Below are positions 1 through 10,280 of a stretch of DNA of 64,000 nt, one piece after another. How positions within the stretch are numbered: the first letter of the stretch is position 1; each line of letters begins with the position of its first letter. The position numbers and the translations under genes are program-made. The DNA is taken from contig CAVRSV010000016.1 in the NCBI GenBank assembly GCA_963723965.1, positions 36,923 through 100,922 of the forward strand, in the 5' to 3' direction. Below the pieces are notes generated by a model. That model ran no database searches. It saw only the letters and a list, made by a program, of their open reading frames with translations, and was not told the origin of the DNA. This DNA is from an uncultured Acidobacteriota bacterium (GTDB lineage: Bacteria > Acidobacteriota > UBA6911 > RPQK01 > JAPXNP01).

Positions 1-229
1 GCCGGGGGAGACACCCTGCCGAGTCGATCCCGATACCACGGAGTGCCGGGGCCCGATCCTCCCCGGTTCTTCGGCGAGGCGCGACTCCAATCGGCCTCCG
101 TGTGCGGAGACGCGGGGGCGGTCAGAACGTGAACGAAGTGAGCGTCCCGCCCCGCAACGACACCCGTCTCTCCCCGGGCCACTGCGGCAAGACCGTGGTT
201 GCGCGCCCTCCCGCCGCGTACCTGCCGCT

Positions 230-375
230 CGCGAGCCGTATCATCGATTGCCGCCGTCCCGGCGAGCCGATTCCCACGCCCCGAGGTGAACCGCTTCCAC
301 GCCGCCAAGGTACGCCAAGCCGCCAGTCCCAGAAGGATCTCTTGCGGCTTTGCGTACTTCGCGTCTTTGCGTGAG
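230..375 (+). repeat. Family-B intergenic repeat, copy 1 (core ...tcttgcggctttgcgtacttcgcgtctttgcgtgagac...)
   Basis: Shares a 50-60 nt core (cctttgcggcgttgcgtacttcgcggcttggcgtgagatca) plus upstream cgattcc..gtacgccaagccgcc with copies near 22.3, 27.8, 38.8 and 49.3 kb. Confidence 0.6.
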
Positions 376-497
376 ACCCGGTCCGGCAGGCGTCACGTGG
401 CCGGCCGGGATCCCGCCGCGGTAGACGGGTCGGGGCAGGCTGGACACGCCCGGTGTGACGCTCACTGGCGTTCGCGTTCTGATCGGAACCCGGGACT

Positions 498-2963
498 CTA
501 CTGCGGCGGGGTGCTGGTCAGCTGGAACTGACTTCCGACGTACTCGAGGCGCAGGGCCGTCAGATAGAGCGGCAGATCCGACTGGATGTCGAGGCGGCCG
601 ACGAATCCGTCCGGGATCTGGTCGAAGACCTCGCTGAAGAACTCCGCTTCCTGCCCCGCATAGGAGACCTGTTTGGTCTGAATCAGGCTGCCGTTCCCGT
701 CCCAGAGCCGGAGGACGATGTTGAAGGGCGAGGACTCCGCGTTCCGTGCCCAGGCAAAGCCGGTGTTGACCGAAGGACCATACTCGACGGGGAGCGTGAA
801 GGCCGATCTTTCCGCCAGCGCCGGGACGCCCACCGAATCGGCCAGGCGACCGTTGATCAGGTAGTTGTAGAAGAAAGACACGGCGAGATCGGCCGGGCCG
901 GAATTCCCGTCTCCCGAGAGGGACAGGTAGCCGGCCTCGAGGGGCTGATCGGTGGTCAGCAGGAGCTTGCGCGTCGATGCCGCGGCAAGCTCGAGGGCAA
1001 ACTCCGAATCCTGTTCGGGAGCGGCGTCACCGTCGGTCAGGGTCACCACCCAGGGCGCCTGATTGGACTGAAAGAGACGGATGCGCCCGTTCCAGGACGC
1101 GTCGGTCTTGTTGCTGATCAGCAGGATGCAGCGATAGCCGCCTCCCAGGGCCACCTGGGGGAACACCGCCGGCCGGGCGTCTCCGGACAGGAATCCCGCC
1201 AGGCCATAGACCAGAGCCGCCTGCCAGTTGATGGCGATCTCGTTGGTCTGATAGCTGGCCTCGACATCGTGCCAGTCGAGGGCATTCTGCTGGGCGCCCC
1301 CCACCACGTAGCCCGGCCAGGGATTGGCGATCCCGTCGGCTCCCGAGCGGCGATCGTGCGGATGCAGGGGCGGATCGATTCCCAGTCCGGTCACGAAGGA
1401 TCGGCGATAGACGTTGCGCCCGAACAGGTGCGCGATGGCGTCGAGGGCGGTGGCTTTGTATTCCGGCTTCGGCTCGACCCGATAGGCGCTCTGCAGCAGC
1501 AGCGTCTGCCGGGCCACGCCGCCGTTGCAGCCCCAGTAGTAGGAGCTGCCCAGGGGCCGGGCGTAGGCGTTGGCGGAGGCGGTTCGCACGATGAGATCCG
1601 CCACGCCGGTCAGACTGCCCCGGAGGGCGGCGAGGATCGACGCGTCGCGACCGGAGCGCTGGGACTGGATGTAGGTGAGAAAGCCCAGATTGCGGACGCT
1701 GCCCCAATCGAAATCGACCTGGAAGCGCCGGTCACCCGAAGAAAACGCGTTGTAGCGGCTCTCGAAATCGGCCAGGACGTCGGCGTCACCCGTCGTCTCC
1801 CAGAGTTCGGCCGTCGCCCAGAGACGGTCGTCGGAGTCGTTGGTCTTGTACTCACCCGTGTGGAATTCGGAAAGGTCGGGATCCTTGTTGGCCGGATTGG
1901 CGACGAGGAAATGGTAGCTCGTCCAGGCGGCGCTTAGACACCGATCCGCATAGGCCGCATCGTAGGGCCTGAAGAGACGGGAGGCCGTGGCCATGATGGC
2001 CACGAAGTCGGCCGTCGCCGCCGAGCTCCAGTCGGTGAAGAAGCGGGTCGAGGAGTCGTTCTGGGGCATGATGAAGCCTGAGAATTTTTGCGCGGTCAGC
2101 TTGTGGGAAACCTTGCCGCTGCCGTCCGGGTACTGCATCTTCAGCAGCCAGTCGGTCTCCCACTTGAGCTCCTCGAGAAAGTCCGGGTATCCAGCCGCCG
2201 TGGAGGGAAGATCCAACGAGACGGCCTCGATCCGGCTCTGATAGTGCTCCCAGGCCTTGAAAAGGAGCCCCATCGTCACGCCGGCGTTGACGACGTATTT
2301 GCCGTAGTCTCCGGCATCGTGCCAGCCCTGCTTTCCGTCGCGTACCGCGTCGTCGCCGGTGGTGAACTTCTGGGAGGCGTCGTTGAGGTGGCAGGCCTGG
2401 GTCTGGAAGTGGTCGCTGCCGAACCAGCCGCTGACCGCCGTCCCACAGCGCCACAGGTAGAAGCCCCGCATTACGGTGTAGAAGGCGACGTCGTAGACGT
2501 CCCGGCCGATCCTGAAGGCCGGCGTGCGTCCCACGCCCGGCACCGAAAGATAGTACTCACCCGGCGTCGTGAGCGAGGAGAAGTCCACCGTCCAGATGTC
2601 TTCGTCGGTGTCGTAGCTGTGAGTGGGGCCCGTGGCGGTCCCCTGCGAGACGACGGTGTCGTCCGAAGCCTTGCGGATCTCGAAGGATGAACACTGGGCC
2701 GCAACCGAGGCCCGCTTCGGCATGTCCGGCAGAAAGCCCAGCGAGTTGAAGCGGATATCCTGGTCGGCGGCAACCGCTGCCGAGATCGACCAGAGGCAGA
2801 CCAGGAGCAGAGGTGCCAGGCAGCGGAGACGTCGGAGAACGGCCCCGGGGGCGTCCCAAGGGAGCTTGGCGATTGGCGCCGGAACTGGATCTTCGAACGT
2901 TGCGCGGGCGTCCGGTTGTGAAGTCGGAGGGTTTCCGTCGTGACCGAGAGTGGGATGTTTCAT
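498..2963 (-). CDS. Glycoside hydrolase family 9 endoglucanase with N-terminal Ig-like (CelD_N) domain and a C-terminal extra domain
   Basis: 821-aa ORF. GH9 signature GWHDAGDYGKYVVNAG and the catalytic-region pattern DAGD..Y. RBS AGAGGAGT 5 nt before the ATG. Hydrophobic segment LAPLLLVCLWSISAAVAA after about 45 aa (signal anchor or long n-region). Confidence 0.85.
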   Translation of the reverse strand: MKHPTLGHDGNPPTSQPDARATFEDPVPAPIAKLPWDAPGAVLRRLRCLAPLLLVCLWSISAAVAADQDIRFNSLGFLPDMPKRASVAAQCSSFEIRKASDDTVVSQGTATGPTHSYDTDEDIWTVDFSSLTTPGEYYLSVPGVGRTPAFRIGRDVYDVAFYTVMRGFYLWRCGTAVSGWFGSDHFQTQACHLNDASQKFTTGDDAVRDGKQGWHDAGDYGKYVVNAGVTMGLLFKAWEHYQSRIEAVSLDLPSTAAGYPDFLEELKWETDWLLKMQYPDGSGKVSHKLTAQKFSGFIMPQNDSSTRFFTDWSSAATADFVAIMATASRLFRPYDAAYADRCLSAAWTSYHFLVANPANKDPDLSEFHTGEYKTNDSDDRLWATAELWETTGDADVLADFESRYNAFSSGDRRFQVDFDWGSVRNLGFLTYIQSQRSGRDASILAALRGSLTGVADLIVRTASANAYARPLGSSYYWGCNGGVARQTLLLQSAYRVEPKPEYKATALDAIAHLFGRNVYRRSFVTGLGIDPPLHPHDRRSGADGIANPWPGYVVGGAQQNALDWHDVEASYQTNEIAINWQAALVYGLAGFLSGDARPAVFPQVALGGGYRCILLISNKTDASWNGRIRLFQSNQAPWVVTLTDGDAAPEQDSEFALELAAASTRKLLLTTDQPLEAGYLSLSGDGNSGPADLAVSFFYNYLINGRLADSVGVPALAERSAFTLPVEYGPSVNTGFAWARNAESSPFNIVLRLWDGNGSLIQTKQVSYAGQEAEFFSEVFDQIPDGFVGRLDIQSDLPLYLTALRLEYVGSQFQLTSTPPQ

Positions 2964-3375
2964 CGTGGACTCCTCTGATTGCCGAGCCGATCCATCGCTG
3001 GACCGATCCCGGTAATCCTAACATCGAGACGTCGCAGAGCCAAACAGCTCTCTCGGTGGGCCTTCCCACGCCAGTCTCGGTGGCCGCAGATGTGAGACAA
3101 TGGCCGGGTCGGTTCTCCTGGTTGCGCCCGGTTGCATCCGGAGGGCCCGCCTGTGACAGGCCAGGCTGTTCGGGTCCCTTCCGGGACGCGATTCAAAAGT
3201 CTGAAATCACATCTGAGGTGCTGGGTGGGAGCCCCGGCTGATGGGTCCCGCCGGCTGTCTCGAGACGGCCGCCTCAATTTCGTTCTGGTGCAGGACCAAC
3301 GATCGATGCCTTGGGTTTCGGAGGATTCCTCCGCGCAGTCGCGTGCGTGTCCTTTGCCGGTGAAAAGAATGAACG

Positions 3376-6300
3376 ATGATTCGTGCCATCTTGTTTTGGG
3401 GTCTCATCGCGACATTTGCCGGCCTGCTACCGGTAAGGGCAGGGGAGAAGACCGCTTCGACGGCTGCCGGAGCGGACCCGGAGCCGTTGACCGAGAGCCG
3501 GGCTCTCGAGATCCTCAATGATTCGCCCTGGGCACGCCAGCAGACGGTGACACGGCTCATCGAGGGCGTCGGCAGCGGCGAATATGGGGAAAAGGAGATC
3601 TTCAGCCGCTATTACGTGCGGATCCTCTCCGCGGCCCCGGTCCGTCAGGCCTTCGAGCGAGTCTGGCAACTGGTGCAGGAATCAGTCCCCCCGTCGGGCC
3701 AGGAGGAGGCCGGAACGCCTCAGAAAATCTGGGCCCGGGACGATTCGAATTTCCTCGTTTTCGGCGTCGCCTTTCGCTCCAACGAGCCGGAAACGCAGCG
3801 AAACATCGACCGGACGCTGCGTTCGCAGACGCTCGACACCATCCGCAACCGGGCCTACCTTTCCACCGAGAAGTTCCCCCAGCTGCGTCCGGTGGCGTAC
3901 TACCCGCCCGTCGAGCCGGCGGTGGGGGCGGAGTTCGTGTTCCCCCGCTATGTGGACGGCGTCGACGTCATCGCCCCTTCGGACAGCTCATTCACGCTCG
4001 AATTCAATCTGCCGACCCGAGGCCCGGACCTGCGCGTGACCTTTCCGGTGACACCGGAGCTGTTCGTCCGTCGTCCGGCCGGCGCGGAGTCGGGCGGCAG
4101 TCAGGCTCGTGTCTCGGAGTTTCGGATCGAGAGCGGGACCAGTGGCCGGACGATGAATCTCGACTCCAGCCGGCTTGCGGCGCTGACGAACCAGTTTCCG
4201 CAGCAGACGACCACCCGGGCCTTCCACGGCTCCGTCTACGAGTTTCATCGCAACGACAACTTCGACGCCCGCAACTTCTTCGATCCCGTCGGCAAGCCCC
4301 TTCCGGAATACAAGCGCAACCAGTTCGGCTTCAGCCTGAACGTCAATCTCGGCCCGGCATCCAGCCTGTTCGGATCCTACGACGGCCTGCGCATCAACCA
4401 GGGATCGACTTTGCTGTCCCACGTGCCGAGCACGGCCATGAAGAGGGGGGACTTCGGGGAGTTGCTCGATCTCAAGACGCCCGTGATCATCCGGGATCCC
4501 GATACGGGGATGCCCTTTCCCGGCAACCGGATTCCGGTGGACCGGATCAATCCCGCTGCCGCCCGGCTGCTCGATCTGTTTCCGGATCCGAATCGCACGG
4601 AGGCCGTACGCAATTTCGTCAACGGTCAGCCGGTGCTGGTCGACCGGGATTCCCTCAATCTGCGCGCCGATCTTGCGCCGAGTGACATCAGCCAGATCGC
4701 CATTCAATACACCATGGACCGGGGACAGGAAACGGAAGTCCATGAACTCCCGGCCTTCGGCTCTCGGTCCAAGGAAGACGATTACGAAGTCTCCACCAGC
4801 TACACGCGGGTCTTCAACGAGCGGATGACCGCCAACTGGCGCCTCGAGTATCGCCGCAGTCTGGACGCCGTCGTGCCGCGCCAGAGTCGGTCCGAGGGCC
4901 TGGTCGAGTCACTCGGGATCCAGGGTGTCGCCGTGACCACGCCCGAGGACGAAGGCTATCCCGTGTTCGATGTCGCGGGGTATCCCGAGTTCGGGGATAC
5001 CGACCTGCCCCAGAACGAGGTGCGAAACCGGGCGATCCTCGAGACCGATCTGACGCTCGTCCGCGGGGACCACCTCTTCCGCTTCAACGGTGAAGTGGGA
5101 CTCCGCCAGATCAACGACAGCCGCTCCTCCAGCCTGGAACGGGGGGCCTTCGGCTTCAGCGGGGCCTATTCCGGAGAAGCCTTTGCCGACTTTCTGCTGG
5201 GCCGTGCCGATCGGGCGCTCCGCGCCGTGGGCTCCTCGCGGCAGGATCTCCGGCGCAAGCACTTTCGGGTGGGTGTGGTCGACGAATGGCGCCTCGACCC
5301 GCGCGTGAGTCTCGACCTCGGCGTCGACTATCTCTACTTCGAACCTTATCGCAGCATCCGGAACAACCTGTCCGTGTTTCGTCCTCTCCTCGTGGAAACC
5401 CCTGCCGACGGTGCTTTGATCGACCTGGAAGAGGGTGGTGCGCCGCCCCAGACAGTGGTTCGGCCCGACCGCAATGACTTCTCGCCCCGTGTCGGCCTGG
5501 CCTATCGCCCCTTCGAGAGCGGAAGGATCGTGATCCGCGCCTCCTACCGGCTCCAGTACAACCCCTTCCCCTCTTGGATTTTCGAGGATTTCATGGGGCG
5601 GAACTTTCCCTATTACTTTCAGCAGGAAGCCCAGGCGGCGGTCGACAGCAGCGGCCTGAACCTGTCCTCCCCGTTCAATACGGCGACCGCCACAGAATTG
5701 GCGATCCGGGACATCACGCCCGATCTGCCGACTCCCTACAACCAGAGCTGGCGCCTCGAACTGGAGAACTCGCTCTCGAATGACTGGAGCTACAATATCG
5801 AGTACTTCGGCCGGCGGGGCGTCCACGAACTCCGGATCATTCCGGGCAACGTGCCGCTACCGGGCGCCGGCCCGCTCCAGCCGCGGCGACCGGATCTGGA
5901 CTACGGACAGCTTTCCATCGTTTCCGGGGGCGGCTCGTCGATCCAGCACCGGTTGGGACTCCAGCTGCAACGGCGCTTTGCGCGGGGCTTCTCGCTCCAG
6001 ACGGAGTTCGAGTGGGGCCGCCGCTTCGACGACGAGTTCGAGGGCGATCCGGCGAACCCCAGGGATCTGCGATCCGAATGGGCTCCCACGGCCTGGTACG
6101 AACAGAAGCGATTGAGTGTCAACTTCATCTGGGATCTTCCTTTCGGGTCCGGCCACCGGCTGGGCGGAAACCGGCTCGTGGACACCTTCCTGGGCGACTG
6201 GAGGCTGTCCGGCATCGGTGACATCGAAAGCGGAGATGCCTTCACCGTTGTTCTGCCCGGAGATCCCAACAACGACGGGTTGTTCAATGACCGGCCGGAC

Positions 6301-6633
6301 GCGACGGGTCAGGCTGCGCTGTCGGGTTCGGAGCGAAGCGTGGACCGCTGGTTCGATACGGGTGCATTCGCCGCTCCGGCGCCCTACACGTTCGGGAATC
6401 TCGGCCGGAACACGGTGCTGGGACCGGGGTTCCACAACTGGGATCTCAGCCTGATCAAGGACTTTCGCTTCTCCAACGATCAGCGGATGGAGTTCCGGTT
6501 CGCCTTCTTCAACGCCTTCAATCATTCCAACTTCGAGAACCCCGACGCGACCTTCGGAACGGTCTCCTTCGGTGTCATCTCCGGCGCCCGCCGGGCCCGG
6601 GAGATCGAGATCGCGGTCAAGTACATCTTTTGA
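3376..6633 (+). CDS. TonB-dependent-receptor-like outer-membrane beta-barrel protein (acidobacterial type) with an unassigned ~280-aa N-terminal domain
   Basis: 1085 aa. Signal peptide MIRAILFWGLIATFAGLLPVRAG. Motif GSVYEFHRNDNFDARNFFD, typical of the acidobacterial TBDR/Cna-B-like barrel family. C-terminus ends in aromatic F (KYIF), typical of OMP barrels. Confidence 0.7.
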   Translation: MIRAILFWGLIATFAGLLPVRAGEKTASTAAGADPEPLTESRALEILNDSPWARQQTVTRLIEGVGSGEYGEKEIFSRYYVRILSAAPVRQAFERVWQLVQESVPPSGQEEAGTPQKIWARDDSNFLVFGVAFRSNEPETQRNIDRTLRSQTLDTIRNRAYLSTEKFPQLRPVAYYPPVEPAVGAEFVFPRYVDGVDVIAPSDSSFTLEFNLPTRGPDLRVTFPVTPELFVRRPAGAESGGSQARVSEFRIESGTSGRTMNLDSSRLAALTNQFPQQTTTRAFHGSVYEFHRNDNFDARNFFDPVGKPLPEYKRNQFGFSLNVNLGPASSLFGSYDGLRINQGSTLLSHVPSTAMKRGDFGELLDLKTPVIIRDPDTGMPFPGNRIPVDRINPAAARLLDLFPDPNRTEAVRNFVNGQPVLVDRDSLNLRADLAPSDISQIAIQYTMDRGQETEVHELPAFGSRSKEDDYEVSTSYTRVFNERMTANWRLEYRRSLDAVVPRQSRSEGLVESLGIQGVAVTTPEDEGYPVFDVAGYPEFGDTDLPQNEVRNRAILETDLTLVRGDHLFRFNGEVGLRQINDSRSSSLERGAFGFSGAYSGEAFADFLLGRADRALRAVGSSRQDLRRKHFRVGVVDEWRLDPRVSLDLGVDYLYFEPYRSIRNNLSVFRPLLVETPADGALIDLEEGGAPPQTVVRPDRNDFSPRVGLAYRPFESGRIVIRASYRLQYNPFPSWIFEDFMGRNFPYYFQQEAQAAVDSSGLNLSSPFNTATATELAIRDITPDLPTPYNQSWRLELENSLSNDWSYNIEYFGRRGVHELRIIPGNVPLPGAGPLQPRRPDLDYGQLSIVSGGGSSIQHRLGLQLQRRFARGFSLQTEFEWGRRFDDEFEGDPANPRDLRSEWAPTAWYEQKRLSVNFIWDLPFGSGHRLGGNRLVDTFLGDWRLSGIGDIESGDAFTVVLPGDPNNDGLFNDRPDATGQAALSGSERSVDRWFDTGAFAAPAPYTFGNLGRNTVLGPGFHNWDLSLIKDFRFSNDQRMEFRFAFFNAFNHSNFENPDATFGTVSFGVISGARRAREIEIAVKYIF

Positions 6634-6774
6634 ATTTTCGATTTGCGATTTTCGATTGGCCGCAACGAGCGCACAGATGCGCAGGGAAGGCTTGTGAGAT
6701 GATCCCGGAGGGTCGCACCGAGGCCCTCGAGGGCGGGGTTTCGGGAAGCGGAGCGGCAAGGAGCCCCGGCGAGC

Positions 6775-7542
6775 TCAGCGCTTGGGGTGCCCGAAGCCGG
6801 TCACGACATACGTGCCGCTGCGGGCATCTTCCCGCAGCCCGATCAGCTGGTGTTTTTCGGCGGCCTCGAGCAGCTCCGAAAACGTCCGAAATCCGTAGCG
6901 CGACTCCGTGAACGCGGGGTCCTTCCGCTTCATCGTCTGTTTGACCAGGGAGGAGTGGAGAACGTCGATGTTCTCCCTCATCATGGCGTTGACGGTTTCG
7001 ATCAGGAGCTGGAAGGCGGGTCGGCCTTCTTTGGGGATCTTGGAAGTCAGTTGAGGCGGCTTGCTCACGCCCCCGGACAGGTCATCATAGAAAATGAACT
7101 CGTCGCAGTTTTCGATCAGGAGCGCGGAGGCGGAGTCCTTGGTAGCCAGCCCGATGACGTATTTGCCGTTCTCTTTGAGCTTCGAGACGAGGGGCGAGAA
7201 ATCGCTGTCCCCGGAGAGCAGGGCGAAGATGTTGATATGTGATTTGTTGTAGCACAAATCCATGGCGTCGACGCACATCCGGATATCCGCCGAGTTCTTG
7301 CCCGTCTGAGAGCGCTTCGGGATATCGATGATCTCGAAGGCGGCGTTGTGCAGTTCCTGCTTTTGTTCCGCGAATCGGCTCCAGTCGCAGTAGGCTTTCT
7401 TGACGACGATCTTGCCTTTCTCAACGAGTCGCTCGAGCACCAGTCCGATCTGGAACTTGGTCCGGGAGCGGCTCTTCTCGAAACCGATGGCAAGGTTTTC
7501 GAAATCGAGGAAAACGGCGAGGGTCTGTTCCTGATCGGCCAC
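6775..7542 (-). CDS. NYN (LabA-like PIN nuclease) domain protein with C-terminal OST-HTH/LOTUS RNA-binding domain
   Basis: 255 aa. LAVFLDFENL...KAYCDWSRF...LLSGDSDFSPLV is the NYN signature. C-terminal segment QLLIETVNAMMRENIDVLHSSLVKQTMKRKDPAFTESRYGFRTFSELL resembles OST-HTH. GTG start. Confidence 0.8.
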   Translation of the reverse strand: MADQEQTLAVFLDFENLAIGFEKSRSRTKFQIGLVLERLVEKGKIVVKKAYCDWSRFAEQKQELHNAAFEIIDIPKRSQTGKNSADIRMCVDAMDLCYNKSHINIFALLSGDSDFSPLVSKLKENGKYVIGLATKDSASALLIENCDEFIFYDDLSGGVSKPPQLTSKIPKEGRPAFQLLIETVNAMMRENIDVLHSSLVKQTMKRKDPAFTESRYGFRTFSELLEAAEKHQLIGLREDARSGTYVVTGFGHPKR

Positions 7543-7740
7543 GAAGCCAGCCTAACACACTGCAATCATTAGGGGGAGAGATCTTTCGGCGAGAGTCGTC
7601 CAGGCAATTCGCCGGGAATGTCGGCCAGGCATCCCCGCCGATCGAGTCCGCCGAGGAACCGGCGAACCCGGACGACATTGCTGCGACAGGCGCCGGCCGG
7701 TGTCTCCGGTGGCCCCGAGGGGCCGGCAACAGCGGCACGC

Positions 7741-8478
7741 TCAGTCACCGAACAGGCACGAGTGGATCGGCGAGCCCGGTTCGACCACCTGCAACGCTCT
7801 GCGGAAATAGATCTTGCGGCCCGACTGCCGGTGGAAATCCAGGAGTTGCTGCATGGCATCCGGTGCGAACTGTGATTTGTACTGCGAGATCGCCTCGAGC
7901 GACCGGTTCAGCTCCTCGTCGGTCACCTCGATGACGGTGTTGAGGAAGCGGTCGGCGACCCAGGCGAGCTCGCGTCCCGTGGCCTGGAAGAGCCGACGTG
8001 CCATGGCGGCGGTGAAAACCAGGAAGTAGAGGCGAACGTCGGACCGTTCTTCCTTCTGGAGGAGCTCGGTGACGAGACAGCTGATGCCCCGGTGGTCCGG
8101 GTGTCCGGTGATCCCGTCCGGACCGAAACTCAGCACCACGTCCGGCCGGAGCCTCAGCAGGATCTCCTGGAGCCGATTGCGGAGGTCGCCCTGCTGCGGG
8201 CCCAGCACTTCCTTGTCGACGAAGTCGAGCAGCATCGGGGGCTCGATGCGCAGAATCTCGCAGACCCGCCGCAGTTCCTCCCTGCGGACAGCGGCCAGCT
8301 CGACGGGGTCGGTGATTCCCGTGTGGGTCCGGAATCCTTTCTGCCCGGGTGTGGCGCAGACCAGGTGCACCCGGACCCCGCGTGCGGCGTAATGGGTCAG
8401 GACGGAACCCATCCCCATGTCGTCATCGGGATGGGCCGTGACCGCCAGCAGCTTCTTTCCTTCCAGTGATGTCGCCAG
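7741..8478 (-). CDS. PIG-L/LmbE-family N-acetylglucosaminyl deacetylase (BshB/MshB-like); 5' end uncertain
   Basis: Motif KKLLAVTAHPDDDMGMGSVLTHYAARG...VCATPG is PIG-L. The long N-terminal extension in the ORF track is not protein-like. AAGGAGGT RBS sits 5 nt before an in-frame CTG at 8478, with no ATG or GTG nearby, so a non-canonical start is likely. Confidence 0.65.
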   Translation of the reverse strand: MATSLEGKKLLAVTAHPDDDMGMGSVLTHYAARGVRVHLVCATPGQKGFRTHTGITDPVELAAVRREELRRVCEILRIEPPMLLDFVDKEVLGPQQGDLRNRLQEILLRLRPDVVLSFGPDGITGHPDHRGISCLVTELLQKEERSDVRLYFLVFTAAMARRLFQATGRELAWVADRFLNTVIEVTDEELNRSLEAISQYKSQFAPDAMQQLLDFHRQSGRKIYFRRALQVVEPGSPIHSCLFGD

Positions 8479-8540
8479 TGGATACCTCCTTGACGTCACT
8501 CTACCGCAAAGCGCGAAACGCCGTGACGGAAGCGAACGGG

Positions 8541-10280
8541 CTATCCATCGGGAGCCAGGACGGCCACGGATTCGGCCGGGAGCAGGAGCGCGTCCGGCTC
8601 GGTGCGGACCTCGGGCTGCGAGGCCAGCACAAGGCGCCGGGCCGCTGCTTCGGCGAGGGGAATCCGCTGGGGCACGTCGGCGAGGTTGCAGGCAATGACG
8701 ACTCGACCCCGGGTCACGACGATCCAGCGTGCGGACTCGTCGAGGGCCACCGCAGTTCGGTCCAGGCGGCCACAGGTCAGGTCCGCAATCTGCCTGCGCA
8801 GCCGAATGAGGGATCGGTGCCATTCGAGGATCCGAGTGTGGGGTTGCCGGCCGGTTTCGTCCCAGCGAAGACGCGACCGACGGAAGGTTTCCGGATCCTG
8901 AGGATCGGGGACTCTGTCCGGGTCCCAACCGAAAGCCGCGAACTCCCGCCTCCGGCCCGTCCGCACGGCATCGGCGAGCTCCGGCTCGCGGTGGTCCGTG
9001 AAGTACTGAAAGGGAGAAGAGGCGGCCCATTCTTCACCCTGGAAGAGCATGGGAACGAAGGGCGCCAGGAGAACCAGCGCGGCCCCGATCATGAGGCGTC
9101 CTTCTCCCAGAAGCTGGGAGGTGCGCTGGCCGGTGGCCCGGTTGCCGACCTGGTCGTGGTTCTGGAGACAGCCGACGAAGCGGTGACCGGAAAGTCCGTT
9201 CGCAGGCCTGCCGTGGCGCCGGCGGCGGTAGCTCGAGTAGCAGCCGTCGTAGCGCAGGCCGCGGGTCAGGACGGCAGCGAGGTCGGTGAGCTTACCGAAG
9301 TCCTGGTAGTAACCCTCCCGGTCGCCCGTCAAGACTGCCTGCAGCGAGTGATGAAAATCTTCGTTCCACTGGGCGTCCATCCCGTATCCTCCGGATTCCG
9401 GCGAACGGATGACGCGGGGGTCGTTGAGATCGCTCTCGGCGATCAGCACGAAGCATCGTCCCAGATGGGCGGCCAGCTCCCCGACCTCCCCGGCCAGTTG
9501 TTCCAGGAAGTGCACTGCCGAGAGGTCCATGATGGCGTGCACGGCATCGAGCCGGAGTCCGTCCATGTGATAGTCGCGCAACCACATGCAGGCATTGTCG
9601 ATAAGAAAGCGCCGGACTTCGTCGCTGTCCGGACCGTCCAGGTTGACGGCGTCTCCCCAGGGCGTTGCATAACGATCGGTGAAATAGGAGCCGAATTTGG
9701 CCAGGTAGTTCCCCGAAGGGCCCAGATGGTTGTAGACCACGTCGAGGAGCACCGCCAGGCCGCGCTGGTGACAGGCGTCGACCAGACGCTTGAGTCCCTG
9801 GGGACCTCCGTAGGCATGATGGGGCGCGAACAGGTCCACGCCGTCGTAGCCCCAGCCACGCTCGCCGGAGAATTCCGCCACGGGCATCAGTTCGACATGG
9901 GTGACGCCCAGATCCACCAGGTGGTCGAGGCGGCCGATGACCGCTTCGAAGGTCCCCTCCGGGGTGAATGTCCCGACGTGCAGCTCGTAGACGACGGCCG
10001 ATGACAGGGGAGGAGCCTGCCAGCCCGAGTCGGTCCAGCTGAATCGGGAGTGGTCCAGCCACCGGGACGGTCCGTGCACGCCCGACGGCTGCCAGGGGGA
10101 GCGCGGATCCGGAAAGGGTCCTTCACCGTCGAGGAAAAACGCGTAATCGGTCCCGTGCCGGACCCAGTCCTCGTCGAGGGCGAACCACCCGCCGCCATCG
10201 TCCGTCATCGGGGTGCGCCGGCCGTCGCTCTCGGCCTCCACCAGCCGGGCCCGGGCAGCCCAGACACGCAACTCCGTCAT
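8541..10280 (-). CDS. treZ: Malto-oligosyltrehalose trehalohydrolase (GH13)
   Basis: 579 aa. VYELHVGTFTPEGTF...LGVTHVELMPVAEFSGERGWGYDGV...LLDVVYNHLGP is the TreZ/GH13_10 pattern. ATGA overlap with treY stop. Confidence 0.9.
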   Translation of the reverse strand: MTELRVWAARARLVEAESDGRRTPMTDDGGGWFALDEDWVRHGTDYAFFLDGEGPFPDPRSPWQPSGVHGPSRWLDHSRFSWTDSGWQAPPLSSAVVYELHVGTFTPEGTFEAVIGRLDHLVDLGVTHVELMPVAEFSGERGWGYDGVDLFAPHHAYGGPQGLKRLVDACHQRGLAVLLDVVYNHLGPSGNYLAKFGSYFTDRYATPWGDAVNLDGPDSDEVRRFLIDNACMWLRDYHMDGLRLDAVHAIMDLSAVHFLEQLAGEVGELAAHLGRCFVLIAESDLNDPRVIRSPESGGYGMDAQWNEDFHHSLQAVLTGDREGYYQDFGKLTDLAAVLTRGLRYDGCYSSYRRRRHGRPANGLSGHRFVGCLQNHDQVGNRATGQRTSQLLGEGRLMIGAALVLLAPFVPMLFQGEEWAASSPFQYFTDHREPELADAVRTGRRREFAAFGWDPDRVPDPQDPETFRRSRLRWDETGRQPHTRILEWHRSLIRLRRQIADLTCGRLDRTAVALDESARWIVVTRGRVVIACNLADVPQRIPLAEAAARRLVLASQPEVRTEPDALLLPAESVAVLAPDG

